Assembly (NCBI GenBank): GCA_001714685.2
Contig: MDTP02000037.1
Coordinates: 1-25,704, forward strand
DNA: 25,704 nucleotides
From: Methanosarcina sp. Ant1
GTDB lineage: Archaea > Halobacteriota > Methanosarcinia > Methanosarcinales > Methanosarcinaceae
Direction: 5' to 3'
The translations under genes were made by a program, and so were the position numbers. How positions within the stretch are numbered: the stretch's first letter is position 1; each line of letters opens with the position of its first letter. Under the pieces are notes generated by a model. The model worked only from the letters and a program-made list of their open reading frames with translations. It was not told the origin of the DNA and did not search any database. Of the stretch, positions 7,071 through 14,398 are shown in pieces.

Positions 7071-8032
7071 TCTATTCCCTCCTGACTTTTTTCGCCCGCA
7101 ATACCATTTACAGAAAGGTTTGATAGTGAAAGCCTGGTAATCCCCTTTCCTGTAGTTTCGTCTCCTCCTATCTGGATTACTGTAGGTAAATATTTAACAA
7201 AATTGTTCTTAACTTCAGTTGCACTTAATGCACAGTCTTTTTTTCTGGATCTTTCAAAAATCAGAGTACTATACATAATAGTTTCAGAGGGGAGGTACTC
7301 TGTATAACGAAGTGAACCGTCTACAGTAGTTCCACTATCTCCAATTCTAATATTTGGAACTATCTCAGTAGCGTTAGTAACAAAATATCTGAATATATCG
7401 TCGTCCACCAAGACGAATTTTTTCTCAAATTCACTCTTCAAGAAACTATCTTTACCATATACTTTTTCTCCAATCACCTTTGCAATGATCTCAATTTCCT
7501 GTGAATCCTCACAAGTAATCGGAAATTCCTCCAGGAATATTTGAGTAGTTTTTGGCATGTATAACTCTTTTTTCCCAGAAGGGCTTACCATGGCCTTGTT
7601 TAGACCTGAGTGAACTTTTTTTAAAGGATTGGTAAGTTTTGAAGATAATGATTCCATGTCCATCAGACAAAGCCTTTCATAAAATCGCCAAAGTACATGT
7701 GGACTTGTTATCCAAGCAAAGCATCCCCTGACAGATCTTACGGGAAAAGCTAGAATCTGCCCGTCTCCAAAAGAAATTGCTCCAGAATGTTTCTCTCCAT
7801 TTCCAGGAGATGGACCAAAAAGCATATCAAAATCTATGGAGCCTCTTTCTTCATATGAATCTCTAAGGACCCCTTTTATGGATGATGCTTGTATTATAGG
7901 AAATTGCGTTGTTCTTTCGCGTAAGATTGGATTATCTACGATTCCAAGACCTTCCCCAGAGCCATTATGAAGAGGGGTAACAACGTTTACAAACATAATG
8001 TCGTATTCATGAAGCTTGTTCTCTTGTGTCAT
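7067..8032 (-). CDS. cmr4: Cmr4 (Cas7 backbone subunit, target-RNA cleaving)
   Basis: 321 aa. The stretch VTPLHNGSGEGLGIVDNPILRERTTQFPIIQASSIKGVLRD includes the conserved Asp of the Cmr4 active site (IVDNP) and a C-terminal GGDETTGKG. Confidence 0.85.
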   Translation of the reverse strand: MTQENKLHEYDIMFVNVVTPLHNGSGEGLGIVDNPILRERTTQFPIIQASSIKGVLRDSYEERGSIDFDMLFGPSPGNGEKHSGAISFGDGQILAFPVRSVRGCFAWITSPHVLWRFYERLCLMDMESLSSKLTNPLKKVHSGLNKAMVSPSGKKELYMPKTTQIFLEEFPITCEDSQEIEIIAKVIGEKVYGKDSFLKSEFEKKFVLVDDDIFRYFVTNATEIVPNIRIGDSGTTVDGSLRYTEYLPSETIMYSTLIFERSRKKDCALSATEVKNNFVKYLPTVIQIGGDETTGKGITRLSLSNLSVNGIAGEKSQEGIE

Positions 8033-8033
8033 A

Positions 8034-9185
8034 TTACCAACAACCTATTAAAGATATACCGAAGCCAGCACTGCAGTATTCGTCAGACAAACTAGCTCCA
8101 AAATTATATTTCTCAAAAAATTTTGTGAATTTTTCTTTGTTCCAGGAATTTGCTTCAAAAAAATAAACGCTACCAGCACGAACTGCTTTTTTTATGGGTC
8201 TCGGTTGTCCTCCAAAGTCATTTTTGTTAGCCTTCCACCCGCTAATATACAGTGGTTTGTTGACAGCCGCTCCAACAAGTACAGCATCACTAAATTCTGC
8301 TGGTAGTTCTAGACGCCATCCGTTTTTAAAAATAGCCGGACTCGCAAAATATATGAAAAATTTTTTCTTATTTTGAATCTCCCTTAAGATCTCTGGATTT
8401 TCTGTAATCAATTTGTTGTTTTTACATTTGACTGCAACTTTCTTTCTCTCTCCTCCAAGTGTTAGTATTTTATTATGGAGATCGGATTCTTCGATACCTT
8501 CAGCAACTATCGTAAAACCTGATTCTATTAGCTTTTGTTTTCTTAGCTGATCTCTAAAACGCAAGTTTACGGCTGTATAAAGGAAATGATCCTCAGGACT
8601 TTTTGAATATTTTGAAATTACGTGTCCGTATCTCGTTTCTTGAATAAAAAAAGAATTTTCAGGCTCAGAGGAGATAGTTGAAAAGGAACTAAGTCTTCCT
8701 GCAAGGTATTTCATTAGTTCTTCAACAGGAATATATTCTTCTAAGGGCTTAAGTTCTAATCCCAAAACATTAGGTATTTTTAATGGTTTTATTTTTTTGT
8801 CAATGATGTCCCACATACATTGATTGTTTTCATAAGGAAACAATACATGGGGCACATATGGACGCCTTGTTACTTCTATCCATAAATTTGATGGCGGTGG
8901 AAAATATGTTTTTTCTCCTTTTTGCAGGAATGGACCTTTGAGTTTTAAAGGAGTATTTAGAAGCTTTTGGTCGTATTTCCCAAGTTTTGGGTGTTTATAT
9001 TCTCCAGATACAAATTTAATTCTATCAACTTCTGAAGTATCTTCGAGTACAGCATTCCCGATTGCTCCATAAAATGTCAAAGGGGACGGGAAATTGAAGT
9101 CTGCTGTGGATTCTTCTCCAGCATTAAATGAGCGAGCATCTCTAAAAAAAAGTGTATCAAGAGGTTTGAGATCAATCTGGATCAC
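8034..9185 (-). CDS. cmr3: Cmr3 (Cas5-like subunit)
   Basis: 383 aa with a GTG start in a GTGA overlap with the cas10 stop. The N-terminus is LKPLDTLFFRDARSFNAGE...FPSPLTFYGAIGNAVL and the C-terminus is glycine-rich (SAGFGISLIG). Confidence 0.8.
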   Translation of the reverse strand: MIQIDLKPLDTLFFRDARSFNAGEESTADFNFPSPLTFYGAIGNAVLEDTSEVDRIKFVSGEYKHPKLGKYDQKLLNTPLKLKGPFLQKGEKTYFPPPSNLWIEVTRRPYVPHVLFPYENNQCMWDIIDKKIKPLKIPNVLGLELKPLEEYIPVEELMKYLAGRLSSFSTISSEPENSFFIQETRYGHVISKYSKSPEDHFLYTAVNLRFRDQLRKQKLIESGFTIVAEGIEESDLHNKILTLGGERKKVAVKCKNNKLITENPEILREIQNKKKFFIYFASPAIFKNGWRLELPAEFSDAVLVGAAVNKPLYISGWKANKNDFGGQPRPIKKAVRAGSVYFFEANSWNKEKFTKFFEKYNFGASLSDEYCSAGFGISLIGCW

Positions 9186-11092
9186 TTCAAATCACCCCTT
9201 CCTGTCTCCTCCCTTACAAAAAATAGAGCTATTTGGAGGAAGTTTTCAAAGTTTTCTTTCGCAGTTTCAATTGATTTGTTCTTATCAGGGTCTGCCATAT
9301 AAAAGAATAATTCCGTTATTAAATCCAAAGTAAGAATTACATCCTTGAATTTAAGTTGCCAGAGTTTAGATCCTGAAGGTATATGCCGTTTTAGCAACCT
9401 ACTTAACTCCGATTTAAACATCTTCTCATTTAGTTCCAATGTAGACCTATACTCGTTATATTTATAGAAAGAAGAAAGTTCTTCCATAAATTCATGAACG
9501 AAACCCGTACTCAGCTTATTCTCTGGACCTTCAAGCATAAATGAAATAAAACAACTCAAAATATCCAAAATTTTTATCGAACCTAATTCTTGTAAATTCG
9601 GTATTTCAATTTCCCATTTATAACCCCATGTAACAACTGATCCTGAAAACAGTCTTAGCGTAATACAGAAGGCGTCCTTATCTTTAAACAATTCTTTTGC
9701 TTGATCTACATTTTTCCTTGCTTCTTCTAATCCTCTACGAAGAGGGTCTTTGTGATGAAGGATTACAATTCCGGCACTGATAGTTTGTTTTATATTCGAT
9801 TCATTGAATTCGCTAATGAAAGAGGATCTTGCTTTATTAGCTGTTGAAAGAGATCTTTCCAGAGGAAGAAATGCAAGTAGGTCGTCTCCTCCTGAATAAA
9901 CGCACAGACCATTACCTTCTCTGTCATCCCTTATCAACTCAGACGTATTTGCTCCAGTATCTGCTAAAATTTCACTTAGTTTTTTCTGATAATCTATGGT
10001 GAAATCAGTATCTTTGATGATTTCCCCTGAAGCAAGTTTTACCTCTCCAGACATGAGTTTCCCCATGTTATCTCCATCCATCATCAAAATGGAGTAGTAT
10101 TTTGACGGTTCTTTTATTCCAAGTGATTCATAAACTGCACGCAACTTTTTTTTGGTGTCCTCGCAGAGTCTTCTGAATTCTTGATCATCAGGAGCTTCAT
10201 ATTCTTTTTTGAAGAAATCAAAATTTAAATAATCTTCATAATAATATTCTCCATTTTTGTGTGTGATCCCAATATATTCCCCAATTTCACGAATTTTTTC
10301 AGCAAATTCTTTGACCTCCGTTTTCTCATTTTTTTGTTCAATTAATTTTTTTGCAGATGCAGCTGAAATGTCCATTACTGAATCAAACTTTTGGTCATTT
10401 ACCCCGATATCATCCGGATTAAGTAATCGCTTCAATAAGCAGATTGGACATAGTACTTCATTTTCTCTTATTCTTGATTTCAATTTTTTATGAACGCTTG
10501 TGTAAATTTCTGATGCACATTCTCTGCGACCACATTGGCTACATTTTTGAACACATTCTCCTTCCCATGATTCAAAATTTCGTGTTACTTTTCTTTCATC
10601 GAAAAAGCGAAGAATTTCTTTCACTTTCAATTTGTATGAATTATTCAGTTCTTCTATCGTTACAGGAACTGCAACCCAATTTATATAAAAAGGGGATTTC
10701 ATTTTTTGGTTATAATGTCCTCTGCAATCATAAGAAAGTTTCAAATAGAACTTTTTTTGTACATCATTCCAAAAGTTGCATAATCCATTTTCCATCTGAG
10801 AAAGCGTTTCATCCAGTTTTGACTTTGGAATTACAGCCATGTAAATATTAGGAAGAGAAGACAAACGTTCTTTAGAATATTTAATATGTGGATAAATTAT
10901 AGATTTTGGGCCATAAGTTTCATATAATGGCTTCATTGAGTTTAATGTAGCTAAAGAAAGCAAACGACTTCCTATATATAGGTCCCTTGTTTTTCTTGCT
11001 TCACTGATGAATTCTTGAACAGGACCAATCGAAACTCTGAGAAGGCAGAATTCATTACCATAAGTCTTCATATTTTCGATCAATTCATTCAT
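9182..11092 (-). CDS. cas10: Cas10/Cmr2 without an HD domain, cyclase GGDD motif intact
   Basis: 636 aa. The protein begins about 20 aa before SIGPVQEFISEARKTRDLYIGSRLLS, which normally follows the HD domain. Cys cluster: CVQKCSQCGRREC...CPIC. Palm motifs are ILMMDGDNMG and VYSGGDDLLAF. GGDD is at aa 401-404, nt 9881-9892. Confidence 0.9.
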   Translation of the reverse strand: MNELIENMKTYGNEFCLLRVSIGPVQEFISEARKTRDLYIGSRLLSLATLNSMKPLYETYGPKSIIYPHIKYSKERLSSLPNIYMAVIPKSKLDETLSQMENGLCNFWNDVQKKFYLKLSYDCRGHYNQKMKSPFYINWVAVPVTIEELNNSYKLKVKEILRFFDERKVTRNFESWEGECVQKCSQCGRRECASEIYTSVHKKLKSRIRENEVLCPICLLKRLLNPDDIGVNDQKFDSVMDISAASAKKLIEQKNEKTEVKEFAEKIREIGEYIGITHKNGEYYYEDYLNFDFFKKEYEAPDDQEFRRLCEDTKKKLRAVYESLGIKEPSKYYSILMMDGDNMGKLMSGEVKLASGEIIKDTDFTIDYQKKLSEILADTGANTSELIRDDREGNGLCVYSGGDDLLAFLPLERSLSTANKARSSFISEFNESNIKQTISAGIVILHHKDPLRRGLEEARKNVDQAKELFKDKDAFCITLRLFSGSVVTWGYKWEIEIPNLQELGSIKILDILSCFISFMLEGPENKLSTGFVHEFMEELSSFYKYNEYRSTLELNEKMFKSELSRLLKRHIPSGSKLWQLKFKDVILTLDLITELFFYMADPDKNKSIETAKENFENFLQIALFFVREETGRGDLK

Positions 11093-12189
11093 AGGGTGCC
11101 TCCATTTAAATTGTTGACAAAAACATTTTGTCCATCTATTAGCATATTTTTAAGGTAATCTAATGCACAATTATTTGGATCTTTTTCGACGTTTTTTTGC
11201 TGGCACCAACTAACTACAGGAATGAATTTTTCGACTTTATCCAGCCTTATTTTGTGAAATCTTATGAATACAGGGGAAGCCATACGATGTGTGCTTCTTG
11301 CCCATCCTAATCCATCACAATTTGAATCGCCGTGAAATTTGGCAATTGCATCGTTTCTGTCGATGAAACCAGCATTCCCAACAAAGATCTGCTCACAACT
11401 TCGTAAAATGAAGAAAGAAGAACTTTTAGGAGCACTTGTTATCGAAACGTCGGCAAATATATTTTTACTGCTTGTAAATTTATTTTCTTCAATCCATCGA
11501 CGAAACAATTCCCAAACTAAGCTCAAACCTTTCTGTATATGTCCTTCGAGTCCTTCAAGATCAACAAAAGTTTGTTTTATCGGAAGCTCTATTTTCTTTC
11601 CATTTAAGTGAAACGAAAAAGGATTGTTTTCTTTTAAGGGACAGATAACTGGAGAACCAAATCCCCGTCTTTCTCTTTTTCCAACTGAACCTAAATTACC
11701 CCATACCCAGATAGTAGAAAATAGAACCTTTAACTCCATTTCAGACATAGTACTACGGGGGATAATTTGTATTGTGTATGAAGAGTTTTCAAGGTAACCC
11801 TGGCTTATTGCTGGATTTCTTGATTTCCCAGTGGATCTACACTCGTAACATCCTTTTCCTCTACAATTACGGCAGGGTTTATTAAAGCCAAGTTTTATGT
11901 TATCGTCTGGAAAATGACTTTCAGTATCAATAATCATTCTAAATTTTGCGCCGATCTTGTCGCCGTTTGAATCTTTAGTATCGGCAGAACCAAATATATT
12001 ACTTTCTAAAAGAAGTAACTCCTCCTTTTTTATGTCCCTGAACATGCCCCCTATTACAGCTCTAAACCAAAAACGCCAAGATCCTCTGAGAGCCTTTCCC
12101 GTAAGACCAGCACTATCAGCAGAGTATTTATTTGCTCCATCAATAAGTAGGGGTGTAACGAACCTGACTTTAAATTCCTTTACTTCCAC
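11089..12189 (-). CDS. cmr1: Cmr1 (RAMP subunit) with an inserted CxxCxGxGCxxC zinc knuckle
   Basis: 366 aa with a GTG start. The N-terminus is FVTPLLIDGA...LTGKALRGSWRFWFRAV and the glycine loop is GKRERRGFGS. The stop is in an ATGA overlap with cas10. Confidence 0.8.
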   Translation of the reverse strand: MEVKEFKVRFVTPLLIDGANKYSADSAGLTGKALRGSWRFWFRAVIGGMFRDIKKEELLLLESNIFGSADTKDSNGDKIGAKFRMIIDTESHFPDDNIKLGFNKPCRNCRGKGCYECRSTGKSRNPAISQGYLENSSYTIQIIPRSTMSEMELKVLFSTIWVWGNLGSVGKRERRGFGSPVICPLKENNPFSFHLNGKKIELPIKQTFVDLEGLEGHIQKGLSLVWELFRRWIEENKFTSSKNIFADVSITSAPKSSSFFILRSCEQIFVGNAGFIDRNDAIAKFHGDSNCDGLGWARSTHRMASPVFIRFHKIRLDKVEKFIPVVSWCQQKNVEKDPNNCALDYLKNMLIDGQNVFVNNLNGGTL

Positions 12190-12255
12190 AATTTACCACC
12201 ATATTTCAAGTTTTCTGCCCCTCTTGGAGGAGTAGTCATATGCTTCAAAATTCTA

Positions 12256-12930
12256 TTATACGCGAATTTTTCTCACAGTCCCAAACCCTTTCGCAACCCC
12301 TTTCCCTACCCCCATAAAATCCGGAATCAAAAAATTGGCTATAAAACCACCTTTAAAAGAAGTAAAATCCATCTTTTTGAATTTTGAACTTCTGAGCTCC
12401 ACATCAACATCACATTTTATAGTATCAGGAACCGTATACCCGAAAGCCTTTGACATGGAGAGCAGATTTCCTATCAGGGTCTTTCGAAGTAGTTCCTTTT
12501 GCTCTTCAGGGTTGTCGATCTCAGAGAACCTTTCTTCGTTTTCGTCATTGAAGGCAAGCCAGGGGGTGAGGAATTCGTAAAAGTAGATGCCTTTTGTAAG
12601 GCCAAATTCCTGTTTTTTGATCCTCATTGATCTGTCTGTGATTTCAAAGTCCTCGTGAGGGAGAGTAACCGTGTCAAATTTGTCAAATAAACCTTTCAAG
12701 GTTTCTGCCCCTTCGTTTATACCGACAATGAGAGGCATCCTGCCAAGGACCTTGTACTGCACAAGAGGGTAGCGGTAGAGGAACCTGTCTGTGTTATGGT
12801 TGTGGAGCTGGTCATATTCATTGAATTTTGACGCAAAGAAACCACGGATCTGATTTGCGTCTCCCCTGAACTCTTCTGTGCCTTCAAAAGTCATTTCAAG
12901 GGTCTTGAGTTTAATGTTTTTCTGATTCAT
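12256..12930 (-). CDS. cas6: Cas6 crRNA-processing endoribonuclease
   Basis: 224 aa. It has RYPLVQYKV and the C-terminal glycine-rich loop GVGKGVAKGFGTV typical of Cas6. It lies immediately upstream of cmr1. Confidence 0.85.
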   Translation of the reverse strand: MNQKNIKLKTLEMTFEGTEEFRGDANQIRGFFASKFNEYDQLHNHNTDRFLYRYPLVQYKVLGRMPLIVGINEGAETLKGLFDKFDTVTLPHEDFEITDRSMRIKKQEFGLTKGIYFYEFLTPWLAFNDENEERFSEIDNPEEQKELLRKTLIGNLLSMSKAFGYTVPDTIKCDVDVELRSSKFKKMDFTSFKGGFIANFLIPDFMGVGKGVAKGFGTVRKIRV

Positions 12931-13051
12931 AATATCTATAGAGAATTATTTGAAATCACATTTTTTATTTTTGCTTATATTTGTTATGTGATAAATAAGT
13001 TTTTAAATTCATTTAACGGATTTTCTACATAAAAATTTACTGAGTATATAT

Positions 13052-14215
13052 TTAAATAAATCCTTTAATTTTTTTATTAAAACATTGCTCAATTTTTTCA
13101 AGACCGGCGGAGCAATCCGTATGCCTGTAATAGTTCACCCAGGGGTCGACAACTCTATAGATATTTTTAATTAAGTTTTCAAGAGACCGATTCTCATTTT
13201 CATCACCGGGATTTGATTTTTCTATGCTTTCTATATTTCCTATATTTTCTATGCTATCTATTACTTTCTCGATGGATCCTTCGGTAGGTATGACCCTGAT
13301 ACCTCCCTTCACCCCTTTTTCATCTACATTTTCCTGAAAATAGAAGCCTACGAACTCGAACCCGCTCCCTATACTCCCGACATAGGTCTTTTCTTTGTTT
13401 AATCCAAGACCCAGTACAGCCAGAACAGCCTCAACCCTGTCCTTGTCGATCCATTCCCTGGAAAGAATTACAAAGTCATCTGCAAAACGCACAAGGTGTT
13501 CTACTGAGTCGCCTTCAACGTTCTTTAGACCTATTTCAGTCCATTGATTATCGAACTGGTCAAGATAGAAGTTTAATAGAAGAGGCGAGATTATCCCACC
13601 CTGAAGCAGCCCTTTTCGAGGAGATTTCCCTGAGCAACCTGCTGCTGAGCCTTTTTCGAGCCAGGACTCGACCATGGAAATTACAAGCTTGTCCTCGATC
13701 CTTCTTTTAAGAGCTTTCATGAGTTTATCATGTGGAATGCTGTCAAAGCAGTCTTCTATATCTCCCTTCAGGTAATGGGTGCTTCCGGTTTCCAGCCATT
13801 TGTAGACCTCAAGGCTGGCCAGTTTTGCGGACCTGTATGCTCGATAACCGTAAGAGCAGTCTTCAAAATCAGCTTCAAAAATAGGCTCAAGAATGAGTTT
13901 TACAGCTCCCTGAACAAGCCGGTCTTTTACAGTCAGGATTCCAAGCTGTCTTGTCTCTCCATTTCGTTTTGGAATTTTGACTCTTTTCACTTCATCAGCA
14001 ACAAACCGATCCCCTTCAAGTTCTTTCTTTACGGCCCGGATAAAACCTTCAACACCTGAAGCCTCTATCTGTTGGATGGTAAGAGAATCCAAACCAGTAC
14101 CTTTAGTATTCCTGTTCAGGTTCTCCCATGCCGTGTAAAGGACTTCGTCTTTTAAAAGCAGTTTTTTAAGCTTTTTGAATCGCTTGCCTGGATTCTTCTT
14201 AGCTTTGTTATACAA
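13052..14215 (-). CDS. Stand-alone CRISPR-associated reverse transcriptase (group II intron-like RT)
   Basis: 387 aa. RT motifs are RVKIPKRNGETRQLG, DIEDCFDSIPH, GLLQGGIISPLLLNFYL, VRFADDFVIL (the YxDD box), LNKEKTYV and FEFVGFYF. The thumb-like stretch is IYRVVDPWVNYYRH. The mapped start is a TTG at 14215. The frame is open upstream to 14275, with an in-frame ATC at 14249-14251 behind a strong SD. Confidence 0.85.
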   Translation of the reverse strand: MYNKAKKNPGKRFKKLKKLLLKDEVLYTAWENLNRNTKGTGLDSLTIQQIEASGVEGFIRAVKKELEGDRFVADEVKRVKIPKRNGETRQLGILTVKDRLVQGAVKLILEPIFEADFEDCSYGYRAYRSAKLASLEVYKWLETGSTHYLKGDIEDCFDSIPHDKLMKALKRRIEDKLVISMVESWLEKGSAAGCSGKSPRKGLLQGGIISPLLLNFYLDQFDNQWTEIGLKNVEGDSVEHLVRFADDFVILSREWIDKDRVEAVLAVLGLGLNKEKTYVGSIGSGFEFVGFYFQENVDEKGVKGGIRVIPTEGSIEKVIDSIENIGNIESIEKSNPGDENENRSLENLIKNIYRVVDPWVNYYRHTDCSAGLEKIEQCFNKKIKGFI

Positions 14216-14319
14216 TTTCAGTTGAATATTGGCTATATTTTGTTTCTGGATATCAGATACCTCCTTAGATGATCCTTATTTACAATCATCTACAGAACCT
14301 GATATACTTAGCCGCGAAT

Positions 14320-14339
14320 AATTCGGCTTTTTCCCGAAT
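14320..14339. promoter_or_regulatory. Copy of the AATTCGGYTTTTTCCCGAAT quasi-palindromic motif, upstream of the RT
   Basis: aattcggctttttcccgaat matches 17188-17206 with one substitution and a 1-nt T-run length difference. A 6-bp stem attcgg/ccgaat is possible. It lies about 55-75 nt upstream of the RT Shine-Dalgarno on the minus strand. Confidence 0.35.
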
Positions 14340-14378
14340 AAGAGAAACTGACATTGCTTTTCAGAAAATATAATGGAC

Positions 14379-14384
14379 AAAAAA
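14379..14384 (-). terminator. T6 tract (minus strand) between the trailer end of array 1 and the RT gene
   Basis: The plus strand reads ggacaaaaaagtaag, giving TTTTTT on the transcribed minus strand 15-20 nt past the last repeat. Confidence 0.25.
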
Positions 14385-14398
14385 GTAAGCGTTTTTGA

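Noticed and set aside
5297-14059. Short antisense or alternate-frame ORFs within the CARF, cmr, cas10, cas6 and RT genes (5297, 5583, 6006, 8194, 9094, 10257, 10444, 11339, 11957, 12335, 13730)
   Set aside because: Each lies entirely inside a longer ORF with strong family motifs. AT-rich antisense strands readily give such open frames.
13052-14215. RT as the IEP of a mobile group II intron
   Set aside because: There is no room for intron RNA domains: 121 nt to cas6 and under 190 nt to the array. I could see no GUGYG/AY boundaries and no endonuclease domain. The context is CRISPR-associated.
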